A stretch of 64,000 nucleotides of DNA, taken from NCBI GenBank assembly GCA_964016885.1, contig OZ024740.1:414222001-414286000 (forward strand), in the 5' to 3' direction. Under the pieces are notes generated by a model, which ran no database searches, was not told where the DNA came from, and saw nothing but the letters and a program-made list of their open reading frames with translations. Made by a program: the position numbers and the translations under genes. Shown in pieces: positions 37,201 through 51,100 of the stretch (its first letter is position 1; the number at the start of each line of letters is the position of its first letter). The stretch comes from Eledone cirrhosa. Lineage: Eukaryota.

Positions 37201-38075
37201 GGCTCATTTGGTCGGTGCTTATCCCGGTTTCATGGCGTGAAGCGACTGACATGTGTTTTGGGTCTGGTGTCCGTCTCGGGTTTTGCCCGCCCATTATTTC
37301 GTCCCCTATGTTGCCTCTATCTATATGCCTACTGTGGGCATCAGGGTTACGCCTTTCGCTTACTAAAGTATTCCGTTGTGTATTGTCGGCTCTACGGTTA
37401 GTCTCGTTAATGCTATGTGGTGCTGTCGTCCGGGCTATACCATTGCTACCGGGCCGTGTGTTCCCTCTACCGGGTTCCACGGTCGTACTTGTCCCTACCC
37501 TCTCCCTAGCTCTAGTTTCCGCGACGCATGTGGTGTGCGTGCCGGGCTTCTGTCTACGTGTACTGGGTGGTCTGTCGTCCGTGTGTGTCTTCATCTGTCC
37601 TATAGTCGGTCGTATGTCCTTAAGGTGATCTATGCTGTTACTCATGTTCTTGGAAGCTAGTTCCGGATCGTTTCGTCTACCTATGGAAGTGCTACTGCTA
37701 TTGTCATATCCGCATCCCTCGGTGCTAGTCTCTTCCCTGTCCGTGGTGTACACTATGGTTTCTGTGTAACCAGCCCTGCGCAGTACCTCATTATAATAGT
37801 CGGCGTGTTGGTTGAACACGTCTGCGTTGGCCGACAGGGTGGATACGCGTTTTGATACCCCTTTAACTATTGCTTCTATGACTGACTTGGGATGGTTCGA
37901 TAGCGTGTTCACATATTGCAGGTTCTCATTGAGCCTGTGATAAGGTCGGTGAATTTCCAGGGTAACGTCCAGGAAATTCACCGCCTTAGTGCTAGGATCT
38001 ATCACCACGGATAAGCCGTATTGCTTAAAAAAGTGCGATATGTGCTCCCTCATACGCTCCAGCTGGCTGGGGTTT
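37198..38075 (-). pseudogene. PLE-3 RT fragment (palm end/thumb) followed by a long low-complexity linker
   Basis: AVNFLDVTLE..PYHRLNENLQYVNTLSNHP..RVSTLSAN..F..HADYY..AGYTE, closest to PLE-2; flanked by (TG)n. Confidence 0.85.
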
Positions 38076-38275
38076 AGAAAAAGGGAGAGGGGTGTCTATG
38101 TATATGTCTGTACGTGTTTGTGTGTACGGGTATATATACGCGTATGCATGTGTGTGGTGATGTATATACGCATGTAGGCATGCGTCTGTGTATGTGTATG
38201 TTTGTAGATTTATATGTTCTCCTTAAATGTGTGTGTATAGCGGGAGTCTATGCCTACGACTGTCGTTATCTATGT

Positions 38276-38369
<94 letters not shown>

Positions 38370-38639
38370 GCGTGCGTGCGTGTGCGTGCGCGTGGACGTG
38401 TGAACTACCAAACCCAGCAGTAATTCATTGAAGTGTGGCAGACATGGGACAGCTGATGGTCAGCCGAACGATACCTATGGTCAGAATTATGATTACGTAG
38501 ACAACCAGCGGCCAATAAGAGGACGCGAGAAGGGTGAAGTTTTTGACAGTAATACCCCAGTGAAAGAATTTGCTCCGAAATCATTAGACGTGTCCGTCGA
38601 ACCTGCGGGTCCAGAATCAGACAGATCCACACAATGATC

Positions 38640-38677
38640 GTGTCTCGAGCTGTCCACCGGCGAAACAATTGTAACGC
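38640..38677 (+). ncRNA. Decayed hammerhead (2-nt deletion in the core)
   Basis: GTGT|CT--CGA|GCTG tccac CGGC|GAAA|CAATTG|TA|ACGC then AATAAA; palindromic ACAATTGT stem III. Confidence 0.55.
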
Positions 38678-38804
38678 ACAATAAATTGAGTTCAAATGCA
38701 TCACTGACTTTTCGTTTTATATTATATCACAGTCTGCTCTGTAAGAACATAGAGTGCTCAACCGGCATACCGCCTATGGAAGCATCTTAACTACCATCAG
38801 ACAG

Positions 38805-38835
<31 letters not shown>

Positions 38836-38901
38836 GTAATAATATATATATATATATATATAATAAATATATATATATATAATAAATATATATATATATA
38901 T

Positions 38902-39095
38902 ATTAAATTAACAGATTAAAGTTTAAGCAAAGAATCGCTGCTTTCTCCCTTTACGGGATCTTCTGAAAGCAGCGATTCTTTACTTAAACTTTAATCTGTT
39001 ATTTTAATAAATATTTGCTCTAGGAGTCTTATATATTTGATATATATTTATCCTTATCGAGCCCTCTTTGGATTTTAGTCTTCAAATTTATTATT

Positions 39096-39101
<6 letters not shown>
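38902..39101. repeat. Solo fold-back fragment of the PLE-1 pLTR (family A)
   Basis: The left part matches 471-536 in the same orientation; from ~38964 it continues as the reverse complement of 377-514; the switch occurs at a shared TGAAA. Confidence 0.85.
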
Positions 39102-39138
<37 letters not shown>

Positions 39139-39161
39139 TGAAACTTTGGTATATATATAGT

Positions 39162-39312
39162 GTTAGGAAGGGCATCCAGCTGTAGAAATCATGCCAGAAT
39201 CAGTTCCAGTATGAGCAAGACAAAGTTAGCCGACCGGACACTGCCCACAACAGGACAACCCGTCTAACCCATGTTAGCGTGGAAGAACGGGCGTAAAACG
39301 GTGGTGGTGGTG
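39162..39312 (+). mobile_element. SINE fragment with Meta-like domain
   Basis: GTTAGGAAGGGCATCCAGCTGTAGAAA..AACCCATGTTAGCGTGGAA..GGGCGTAAAA followed by a (GGT)n tail. Confidence 0.6.
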
Positions 39313-39362
<50 letters not shown>

Positions 39363-39848
39363 GTGTGTGTGTGTGAAACAAAGTGTGCAAATAATGCTTC
39401 CATAGTGCACTGTATCAATATATAATACAATACCTATTAAAACATATTTTTATGTTAAACTTAGAACAAAAAATATATCTAAAAACCAGTTTAGAGCTTA
39501 CATCATTTCAAACATTCTTAAAACAAAACACTTTTTTAGTATGAAATATGGCGTTTAACAGATAATGTGTCAAATTAAAAATAAACAGTCAAGTTAAAAT
39601 TTCAAATAAACTATATAATTCCATGTGAATAAAGATAACACGGACTATATCATCTTTTACTTCTATCGCTTAAATATGTTTGTTAACAAAGCAATATATT
39701 TTGGTAAAGATGCTAATTTTTGAATATTCAGTTGAAGCCACACGTGTAGGGAAATGTTTACGTGTGGCTGTGCGCACACTTGAGTGAGTATATATATATG
39801 CATATATATGTATGATTGTATGATTGTATATATTGACATGTATGTATT

Positions 39849-39880
<32 letters not shown>

Positions 39881-39949
39881 TATTTAATATAATTTATATA
39901 TATATATATTTACATTATATATAATATTTAAATAAAGAAACATATATTT

Positions 39950-40064
<115 letters not shown>

Positions 40065-40089
40065 TTACATATACATATATACATTCATT

Positions 40090-40122
<33 letters not shown>

Positions 40123-40819
40123 ATATACATATATATTGAATTCATATGCATATAGATGCGTATCTATATATACACGTCTATATATATATACATATTCATA
40201 CACACATGTGCATATATATATATGCATACACGCACACACACATACATAATACATGCATACATACATACGTACGTACATACATACATACATACATACAAAC
40301 AAACAAATATATATAAGAATCACAACAAAGGGTATTGAGAAACGAAATACGTTAATTGTTGAAGAACCTAAGTAGAAAATCAAACATTTCTGAAATAAAA
40401 GATATGAGTTGTCCTGAATCATTCTATTGCTTTATGTTATCTTTTTTCCTTTATTCACCATTCAAACTGTCTGTTGCTTTTGAACAAGTATAAATAGAAA
40501 ACAGGCTTACATTACCAAGTACAGTCGTTTTAATCAATTCGTTTTTATTTATGTATTTGATTGTAATTTTGTTTTAAAGGAATTTGTTAGAAACATGTGT
40601 ATTTTCTTTTTCAATATTTTAACATGAAATCTAGAGATGAAATCTATAGAAGAATTTGTTTCAGTGCTAATAATTTTCAGAATGAAAATAGTTTTCCATT
40701 AGGGAACTTCAATTTCTACTACATTCCGTTTTTGAATTTTCCTTTGTGATTTTGTTTCTTTTTTTTTTCCGTTGTAGAGTACGTTTTTTTTTCTGAGATA
40801 GATATGAAAATTTAATCTA

Positions 40820-42135
40820 TTATCCGTCGTCCCTTGCTCCAGCCCAACTCTCACCAAAATGGAGCGCCTCCTCTTCCGCTTTTTGTGGAAGGGACGCGCT
40901 CCCATGGTCAGACGATCCATCTGCTGTCAACACCCGTTGCGTGGAGGACTGGGCATGCCATGGCTGATGATGCGCAAACATGCGCTGAGGCTGCGACATC
41001 TCTGGTGCTTCCTTGACGGTGAACAGGTGTGGTCGCCGTTCGCAAGGCACGTTTTCCCACAGCTCGTCTCCTTGACGGAGTTGCAGTCCTGGGTCAGAAA
41101 AAGACCGACGGATAGCGCTTGGAAACTGGATTGTCTCCAGGCGCTCACTGCCCTCTGCCAGCTGGGCACCAGTATCGCTGGAACATCCACCTCGGCGTTC
41201 TATAGAGGACTAGTGGAGGGGAAGAGCGACGACATTCTCGGAGAGATCCTGGGCGTCGAAGAAGATCAGCTGTTTGCTCTCTTCCGGAGAACTTTCAGCC
41301 CAGGGCCTATGGATAACTTCCAAAAATCCCTGGCCTGGCAGTGCTACCGGGGAGCGCTGCCGGTTCGAGATAAGCTCTACAGGCACGGAAGTGCCGTCAG
41401 TCGAGCCTGTCCGAGATGCGCGCAGAGCGACGAAACCGTCGTGCACGCACTCGTTCAATGCCCGAGCATTGCTGACTTGTGGAGCTATGTCGAACAGTTG
41501 CTGTCGCGTGTAGGACTGATCCGGTTGTCGACTGAGTCCATTGTGCAGATGGTCTCGCCGTCTTCCTTCGAGGAGGAAGGGCAGGCGGTTTTCATCTGCC
41601 TGGTGGCCATGGCGAAAGAGATTGTGTGGTGGACAAGGTTAAAAGGGTTAAAGACAGACACTTTCCTCTTCGGCGAATCCCTAATTAACTTTTTCAAGTT
41701 TCACTTGAAGAGGAAAATCAGGGTGGAGAGGCAAGTGCTGCCTTCTAGCAAGTTTGTTGAAAGGTGGGTGAATGTAGCGAGAATGGTCCGAGTGAACGGG
41801 ACCACTCTGAATATACGTCTGTAGTTTGAGAAATGGAAAAATTGAGAGAGGGCGCTTGCCCTGGTGGTCAGGGTGGCCGTGGTCTTTTGTGTGCTTTTCG
41901 CCACGAGTAACCCTCGGAGGTTTCCCCCCTATTGGGGAACTTTTCATTGTTTCAATTTTCATTTTTATTGTTTATATATATATATATATATATGTTTCTA
42001 TGTCCTTTATTTTTCTTTTCTTATATAAATAATAAAAATATTTACACGCACAAAACCCACATCGTACCGTCCTGTACCGCCCTGTGCCGTCTGTAATGTT
42101 TTTCTTGATGTCAGCCCTTGTGGCCAATAAAGAAA

Positions 42136-42167
<32 letters not shown>

Positions 42168-42168
42168 G
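40820..42168 (+). mobile_element. 5'-truncated Tx1-like LINE
   Basis: ORF 40859-41824 is homologous to 46806-47774 (GGLGMP, CPRC..ETVVHALVQC zinc finger); ends AATAAA..(ATT)n. Confidence 0.9.
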
Positions 42169-42373
42169 GTCTAAGCGGACGTATTTTGCTCGCTCACAGT
42201 AAGTCGCTTTATTTGCCTGTTTAAATTATTTGTTGTTAAATATTTCTTGTTGTGTAAGGGATATAAGCCCTTAGACTTTGCCCCGTGAAGGGGAAAGTAT
42301 AATATTTGGGCCTTTTGGCCCAAATATTTGAACTTTTTTTTACATGTTAAAAAATTTACGAAGAAAAAAAAAC

Positions 42374-44320
42374 ATGGCTGAGCCACGCCCCCGGCGATAT
42401 GTCGGCTGTCGTGCGACAACGACGTAGAAGTTGAGAGGAGCGCTACAGCGAAATTAACACACATTTATAACACAAACACCACCACAAACAAGGTAAACAA
42501 AGACACCAATGATACCAATAAGAACTCTAATTTTGAAAAAGATGACAGTAACAGCGACAACGAAAATACAGATAACAAAAAAAAAATAACAAATACAACA
42601 ACAATATCAACACCACTAACATGAAAACAAATAGCGACAACACCAACAGCAACAATACCAACTGCACCGAGAACAACGGTGGCAACAAAGACAACAATGA
42701 TAACAGCGACAGTGCTAACAACAACACCAACAAGAACAACGTCAACAACACCCCCCAACGAAAACAGAAGAACACTTTCGCTGCGGCAGCAGCAAAAAAG
42801 AGGCCATGCTTCAACATGGACCTCTCAAACAAAGATGAAAGGTTAGCCCAGGCATGGAAGCTCATAAAGCAAGAGCAAACTTGGGCCAACTTAACTGTCC
42901 CGGTAGAAGCTATTGAGGCAGTGGAGCGCAAAACGGTGCATTATAGATGCATCTCAGCACAAACAAAAAGGGAAGCGTTAATCCCACAAGAAGATGTCGA
43001 AGTTGCGCTGAGGTGCATCAGAGAAGACACCCAGTACATAGAGAGGGGCAGACAGTACGGCACCATTTCGGTGTTGTTCAAGTCAGAAGCCCTCGCTATG
43101 AAACACGCTATGATTCCTTGCAAAACCAGCAAGGTCATAATGTACCCTTCCCACATGGGAAAAAGAACGGCCAGTCTCCGCATTCCCAGAATCCCACCAG
43201 GACTTGACATGTGGTGGCTTCTGGGATGTGTGATTGTGGAGGGGAAGGATACAGTCCCTATAGAAGTGACCAGAACGGCCAGAGAGGACTGGTCCGGGGT
43301 TGACCTGGAGATCCTTCTCCAGATCAGGCCCGAGAATGTGAAGACAATTCCAGACCACATCCGCCTTCAGAATGGGACTGTCATTCACATTATGACCGAA
43401 GGCAAAAGGCCGCAGTGTTTTGTTTGTGGGGAAAAACCCATTTGCGAGCCTTCTGTCCTCAACTGCTAAAAGAGGCAAGGGGTCCAAAGGCTCGACTGCT
43501 GCCGACGCCGGGGCGAGGACCACAACCAACACCTGCACCGGCAAAACCACCAACATTGACCACCCAGGGGGGAAACGGGGAAAGCTGTCAAATTCCCCCT
43601 CCCCCCAAAATACACACATCAATAAAACCTTAAACATACATACAGACACACTTACAGACACAGACCCCTCATCTACCAGTAGTGAAAATGAGGGAAATCC
43701 CAAATCCCCCAAAATACAAAAAAGGAAACACAAAAAGAAAAAAAAAAACTCAACGAAAGCACAAAAGCACCCACAATAAAAAACGCAGACACCACCCACG
43801 CAAACATCTCTCCAATAACACCAACATCAACACCACCATCACCATCACCAGAATCCCCCAAACGCAAACAACCGAAACAGACGCAAGAACAAATATACAC
43901 ACAAACATCTGAAACCACAGATACCGCACTCACAACAAACACAGATACAACCGAAACAACACCACCAAAACCATCACCACCACAGCCACGCAAACAAATA
44001 AAATCACACCAACAAAACATACAAAACTTCGTGCTCGTCAGGAGGGCCAACAAGGAACTGATGGCCCTCGTAGCACGAAGTGAAAATATACAAAAAGAGG
44101 GGGACATTTTTAAATCGAGCACATTTCGCGTGCCGCAAGATTTGGTTCTGGTGCGAATGTCGCTCGACATATTCAAAGAAATATGAGACAGCTTTCCTCG
44201 GGACGTGGGAACCCCGAACGTAAAACCCACTTCAAGACTTTTAAAGGGGTTCCCAAAAGAAATCCCACTAACTATGGAGGTCGAACAACCCGACCTTCAC
44301 AAGAGCCCGGAAGGTAAGTA
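42374..44320 (+). pseudogene. LINE ORF1 (Asn/Thr-rich segments, CX2CX4HX4C knuckle), frameshifted; boundaries approximate
   Basis: ORF 42621-43469; CFVCGEK/THLRAFC is split by a 1-nt frameshift at ~43435; Lys/Thr-rich C-terminal frames. Confidence 0.7.
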
Positions 44321-44352
44321 AACCTTCCTCTCTCTCTGTTTAACCTGCCAAC

Positions 44353-47300
44353 ATGGCCGTATTAAGAGTAGGATGTTTAAATGTTCGAGGCCTGGGATCG
44401 TCCTGGAAGCAGGGTCACCTGCTCAACGACCTCAGGTCTATAGAAATGGATGTAATTGCAGTCAGCGAGACCAGGATTTCCGACACGCGCACACTAGCCC
44501 CCATTTTCGACAACTATCAGATCTTTGCATCTGTTAGCCAGCCGGGAATGGGAGGCGGGGTGGTAGTGCTGTTTAGGAAAGGCCTGGATCTCAAGGTAAG
44601 GTCGATCTTCCGGGACCCGGACGGGAATTTGGTGGTCCTGGATGTGAACAATAATGAAGGTGGTGCCTTTAGACTGGTGGCCGTCTATGCTCCTACTGGG
44701 GCAGGACGGCCGGACTTCTTTAGACGCCTGGAAGCCTTTCTGGGTACGTCTCGCCCTTTACTGTTAGCGGGGGACTAGAACGGCATCTTAGACGCACGCT
44801 GGGACTGTGTGGGAGTATCCGATAGGAGCAGGGGGTGCAAAAGCCTCAAGAACCTGATCAGCCAGTTCCAACTGTCTGACAGGTACCGACTAGATTTCCC
44901 TAATGCGCCAGTGTGGACTTGGGCTAACCGCATAGGGTCATCTAGATCGTATATAGACAGGATATTCATTAGGAAAATAGACAGACATAGTGTAAGCTGT
45001 CCACATTTTGAAACGGTCGCCTATTCAGATCACAAGTTTGTGATCTGTATGGTCGACCTAGATAAGACGCGTAGGTTAGGACCTGGTTACTGGAAGCTAA
45101 ACATGTCATTTCCGGCACGTAAGGCTTACAGGAACCAGGTCAACAATTTAGTTAAGAAAAAGTTGACAGGGGGAGTCATCAACAATAGATGGTGGGGGCT
45201 CTCAAAAGAGAGATTAGAGTAATGTCGATAGAGTTTAGCAAAGAAGTAGCATTAGAGAAAAATAGAAAGGAGGGGGAGTTGGTAGATAGGTTAGACGAGG
45301 CTATTGGTAGTGGCATTGCAACTGACATGCTAGAGGCGAGAATGGCATTAGACCATTTCTTCAATGCGAAACACGAAGTTGCATTGTCAGAGCTAAGGCG
45401 CGTGCTCTGAGAAACGAGGGAACCAAAGCTGTTCGATGGGCCCGCGTGGCAGAGGCGCAGCGTGGTAATAAAACCACGATTCGGACTTTGACAGACCGAG
45501 ACGGGCACGAGCTGAGCGATTCCAAGAGGATGTGTGAGGCCTTTCGCCAACATTTTGCTCGGTTGTTCGGGGGAAGTGGCGGGTCAGAGATGGTGGCGGA
45601 CTTCAGTCCCTACCTCGATGGCTTGCCGCAACTCGCGATGGCTCACGCTGGGCGCTGCGAAAGGCCAATTACTTCAGCCGAGATTCAGGATGCCATTGTA
45701 GGCTGCATGAGGCGCAAGTCACCCGGTTTGGATGGTCTGCCCTACGAGCTTTACGTAAATATGCCAGACTTGTTCTCCAATCTCCTCGAAGCCCTCTACT
45801 GCAACTGGCAGCAAAACGGGAGTATTCCCAGTTCTGTGAGCCGGGGCGTAGTGACGCTGATAAGGAAAGACGAGAACAAGAGGGACATATTAGACAATTT
45901 CAGGCCCATAACTCTGCTCAACACAGAGTTTAAGATTTTGGCCAGGGTGTTAGCGAAGAGGTTGGCACTTGTCGTCGGGCATTTGGTTGGGGAGGCGCAA
46001 ACTTGCGCAATCCCAACCAGGTCCATACACGACAGCCTCCACCTAATGCGATACATCATAGAGAGGGTAGGGTGTAAACCTGGCTTCGGTGGGGCTCTGA
46101 TCAATTTAGATCAATCGAAAGCATTCGATAGGGTCGACCATCGGTACCTGGAGGCTGTCCTCAAGGCGGCTGGCTTCGGCTCCGTCTTCAGAAGCTGGAT
46201 CGCTGCAATGCACAGCGGCACCTGCTCGATGGTCAAAATTAATGGCCACCTCTCGGAACCGTTTCAGGTCTCCCGATCGGTCCGTCAAGGGTGCCCTCTC
46301 TCCTCCCTTCTGTACGTATTGACTCTCGAGCCTTTACTGCGGAAGCTTGAGCTGTTGCAGGGCATCCCGCTCGAACCGGGACGCGGAAAGGCTGTGTCGG
46401 CTTATGCGGACGAATTCACCGTGATGGTGTCGGACACCTCAGAAATCGAGGTGGTCGACAACTTATTGGAGGAATATGAAAGGTTGACGGGAGCAAAACT
46501 TAACCCGGAAAAGTCAGTAGGCTTGCAACTCGGCACCTGGAGAAGCAAGTCCATGCCGTCCAACAGCGTCGTTAGGCGCTTGACGGACGGACCGGTAAAG
46601 TTGCTAGGGGTTTGGTTCGGGCCAGACCTTCAGGTGGATAAGAATTGGGACGAGGTGACGGGCAGGGTAGTCAGTCTCACCCAGAAATGGGCTGGGATGA
46701 AGCTATCACTGAAAGGTCGGGCGGAGGTGGCGAACGCGTACATCGCGTCCGTCATCTACTACCGTCTGACTGTCGTCCCTTGCCCCCGTTCGCATCTCGC
46801 CATCTTGGAGCGGCTCCTCTTCAAATTATTGAGGAGAGGTCAGGTTCCGCTGGTGAGGCGGTTCATCTGCTACCAGCACCCTCTACGTGGAGGGCTGGGC
46901 ATGCCGTGGCTAATGATGCGCAGGCACGCGCTGAGGCTGCGGCACCTCCAGATATTCTGCCTAAACGGTGAACAGGTGTGGTCGCCGTTTGTCAGACGGG
47001 CCTTTCCGCAGCTCGTTTCTTTGACTGAGTTGCAGTCCTGGGTCAAGAAGAGACCGAGACGGGGTGACTGGCATCTGGAATGTTGCCAGGCACTCACTGC
47101 CCTCTACCAGGCGGGCAATGCGATCAGTGGAACTTCCACTCTCGAGTTCTATAGAGGATTAGTGGTGGGCAAGTGCGACGACGCACTCGGAGAGGCTCTG
47201 GGAGTCAACGAAGTCGAACTAACCAGTCTGTACCGGAGGACTTTCGAGCCGGGGACGATGGATAATTTCCAAAAATCCCTCGCTTGGCAGTGCTACCGGG

Positions 47301-47774
47301 GGGGCACTGCCGGTTCGAGATAAACTCTACAGGCACGGAAGTGCTGTCAGACGGACCTGCTCGAGATGCGCGCAGAGCGACGAAACGGTTCTGCACGCAC
47401 TCGTCCAGTGTCCGTGCATTACTGACTTGTGGAGTTATGTTGAACAGCTGTTGTCGCGTGTAGAACGGATCCGGCTATCGGCCGAGTCCATAGTGAAGAT
47501 CGACCCGCCGCCTTCTTTTGGCCAGGAAGGGCAGGCAATTTTCCTCTGTCTGGTGGCAGTAGCGAAAGAGGTTGTATGGTGGACGAGGTTGAAAGGACTG
47601 AAGACAGACACTTTTCTCTTCGGCCAATCCCTCATCAACTTTTTCAAGTTTCACTTGGAAAGGAAGGTGAGGGTGGAGAGAGAAGTGCTTCTCCCCAGTA
47701 CATTTGCTGAAAGGTGGGTGAATGTGGCGAGAATGGCCCGTGTGAGTGGGCCTACTCTGGTCATGCGGCTGTAG
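44353..47774 (+). pseudogene. LINE ORF2: AP endonuclease + reverse transcriptase + C-terminal zinc finger
   Basis: LNVRGL, VSET, VYAP, GD*N, IDRIF, SDH, WKLN; KSPGLDG, FRPITLLN, DQSKAFDRV, RQGCPLS, AYADE, LLGV; stop at 44776 and frameshifts near 45195, 45380 and 47300. Confidence 0.93.
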
Positions 47775-48115
47775 GTAGGTAAATTTGAAGAGGAGAGGGT
47801 TGCCCTTCTAGGGTGCTCTCGAAGCGTCGGGTCGTTCAGGACTGGTGGGGTACCTGAGCGAACCCTAGGTGGTCATCCCCCCCCCCCTATTGGGGAATTT
47901 TTTCTTGTAATTTTATTGTTACTTTATTGTTTCTTTGTTTATTCATATTGTTTACTCGATTTTTCTGTAAAACCCCACTGTCCCAGTCTTTTGTATTGTC
48001 CCCTATATGTCGGCCCTTGTGGCCAATAAATAAAATCATTATTATTATTATTATTATTATTATTTATTCAACCATATGCATCGACAATATATATATGTGT
48101 GTGTGTGTGTGTGTA

Positions 48116-51100
48116 CTAGCGGTCACTCAGTCTTCGCCCCGGTCTGTACTGTGCTCAAATATACTCATAAGGCACCTATTAACATCTATCGTGACGTCCA
48201 TTTTCCTTCAAATAAAAGATGCTAAACGATATTTAAATATTGCATAACATAATTTTTAATTTTTATTTACAACATCTAAATACAGAATTTAATAAAGATA
48301 ATAAGAGAAAAATGTATTCTACGAAAATTATAAACATTTACGGAAATTCAGTATATACAATGTTTTTAGCTTTTTTCTTTTGAGTATATTTGACGAGGCT
48401 GTGGGGTCTTCCTAGTCTGGAATAACTTACATACAATTTACCATGTGAGAAACAACGTTCTGCCGGATAGTCTGTCAACCTGCAGTATTTGACCTTAGGA
48501 CTTGATAATGGTCATTGGGTGAATGACTCTGACTGGGAATTGGAATCGTTTGAAATGAAAGGAGACATCTGTTGATATTAGCGTCATTCTTGGTATAAAT
48601 AAATACTATGTCTCTCTTACCACATCCAGTGAGGATTTTGACTTCGATAATGTAAGTCCTTTGTTCAGTCACACCAGTACGCGTCCTATTGCACAATTGT
48701 GGCTGCCCCGTGTTTCTGAGAAGTATGATAACTGTGCCCTTCTTCAATTCAAGGCTTTGGTAGCATACCGGACAGTTACCGACTGTTAGGAAATTCAACG
48801 GAATAATGAACAGCTTTGTCTTCGTCAATAACTTTGTCGGTAAATGTAGGTCTGGCTACCCCCAGGGATCATTTGTGAGAGATATTTATTCATAGCATTC
48901 ACTGTGGTGTTTTGGAGTGCAAGTATTGCTCTTTCATACAGCCACTACTCCTTGGAATGGTCAATTTCGAAATTGGGGAACACTTGATTAATTAAGCTAT
49001 CAAAGCTTTCCACAACATGATGAAAGATCAAAACGTCCTTCAGTATCAAGCGATAATTTACCTTCATCATGTTTCAGAAACTTACGAGAAAACTCTACAA
49101 AAATGTTGTCACCGTGAAGTTGTGTCCGTATGCTGGTTCTTAAATTGAGTTTGGTGATGTGTGGTCATGACGATTTTAGTCAAGCTCGAACTTGAGTGGC
49201 GTGAATCCTCTTTTGATATCACAGGTAAACTTTATCGGAGGTCTCCTGATAAAACAACAGTGATTCCTCCCATGGTTGTTGTGATGTTCCAGATATCTTT
49301 CAGGGTTCTGTCCAAGGCCCCCTGTGCGTGTCTATGTACCATAGTGCATTCATCCAAAGAAATTACCACCCATTTTTGTAATTTGGGCATCTCTTGAATC
49401 CTTCTTTTTATGACACACGTACATTTCATTTAAAATGATGTCTAAATCCAATTTGAAAGCTGAATGACCTACCCGGCCCCCAGGTAAAAGTGTAATGACA
49501 GTTCCAGCTGAAACAACCGTTGTAGCTATGTGTTTAGTCTTGCCGAATTGTAGACGACGATAGGTTTATCAGGAATGTGTACCAGTTCCACCCGGGGCAT
49601 CAATAAACATTAGGCCACCATTCTATTGCGTAATTGACTCGAGTATAATGTTATATACTGCTTTTTGATCATCTAGTAGCTTTGACTCGCTTTCGTTAAC
49701 ATGGGAGATGAGGTCCTCTACGTTGTATGAAGTTTCTCGCAAAATGTCACTCCTTATCCATAAAATAAGTTCTATCGATGCGAGGAAGGCCTAATAAATG
49801 CAGAATATGTCCATCTATTTCCGAAAGTTTTACTTCCATATCGATCAAAGCTGTATTATAATGTTCATCTGAAGAAGTTACTTCTATGTCAGGGTTTCTC
49901 AATTGCACTTGATAGGTGTCACAAACAGCACCGTTCACTTGAAGAAGTTCATCAAAGCCTTAAAGCGCCTCTAACTTAATTAAACAAGCATTCCCAAGTG
50001 GAAACATTCGCGTTGTCCTGGGTGTATAGTGTAAACTCTACCTAGTGTTGCTGCTTTACAAATTTCAGGTTGGTTTTCTACTGCTCTTCCTTGTTTTGGC
50101 CGATTCTATTTTCCACTCTACTTATCAAAGGTATAGTAGGATGGTATTTGTCCATATAGAGTCTATGCAAAGCTGTCAGTTCTACGAAGTTAAGAAAATT
50201 GCTAGCAAAGTTATCTTCCATGGTGCTATCGTTGGTTGGGCAGTATTGTTGGCTGTAAAACACTCGTCCATTTGTAAAATGAATTAGGAATCTCCAAACG
50301 ACTGAATTAGGAATCTCCAAATACGCCAGAATGCTTCGTTATTTGACGTTGAAAGCTGGACACCCCGTCGGACATATTTCGTTGCTGTAGCGCAAACACG
50401 GCAGCATCGGGACCATTTTTGACATTTCTGCACAGATACTTCATAGGTTCTCCTTTGTCCCATTCTGTATTCGGTGAAAACGATAATTGTTTCTACTTTT
50501 GGCAGAAGGCCAGCAATAACCCAGTACATTACTTGTACTTTATTTTATCGACCCCGTAAGGATGGAAGGCAAAGTTAACCTCGGTGGGATTTGAACTCAG
50601 ACCATAAGGGGCCGTAACTCTTTGCTGCAAAACTAGGAACAATAATTTTCTTCGCGACCCTCATCGGATGCTTTTCTATAAATTTAAACGGCTGAGCGGT
50701 GCTTATCTGTAACTCCGAGGTAACTATAAAGAGTCGTTAAAGTGTGTCGAAAGTCAGAACTATCGAAAACAGGAAAAAAAAACCTGGAAAAGAAAAAAAT
50801 TCCCACTGAAGAAATTTCCGAGGCTGGGAAAATCTAAGGATCCTTCCCTTGTCGCCACATACTGCTGATATATCGGCCATATTGGAAGTTGGACACCTCG
50901 TCGGGCATATTTCGTTGTTATAGTGCAAACATAGCAGCATATGAACCCTTGTTTGATGTACCTGTACACACACATTATAGGTTCTCCTCTTCCCCTTGTC
51001 TCCCTCAATCCATTTTCGGATAGTCAGATTAGTTGAAAACACGAAAAGACCTAGGGAAAAAATGTTCTTCGTGATTCCTAGCGGGTGTCTTTTAATTTAA

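Larger units (their letters stand above)
42169..48064 (+). mobile_element. Apparently full-length Tx1/L1-clade LINE, inactivated
   Basis: 5' UTR, ORF1 with CCHC knuckle, ORF2 APE-RT-zinc finger, AATAAA and (ATT)n tail. Confidence 0.92.

Noticed and set aside
44311-44355. AAGGTAAGT donor-like site and pyrimidine tract between LINE ORF1 and ORF2
   Set aside because: No AG acceptor before the ORF2 ATG; a single instance, likely chance.
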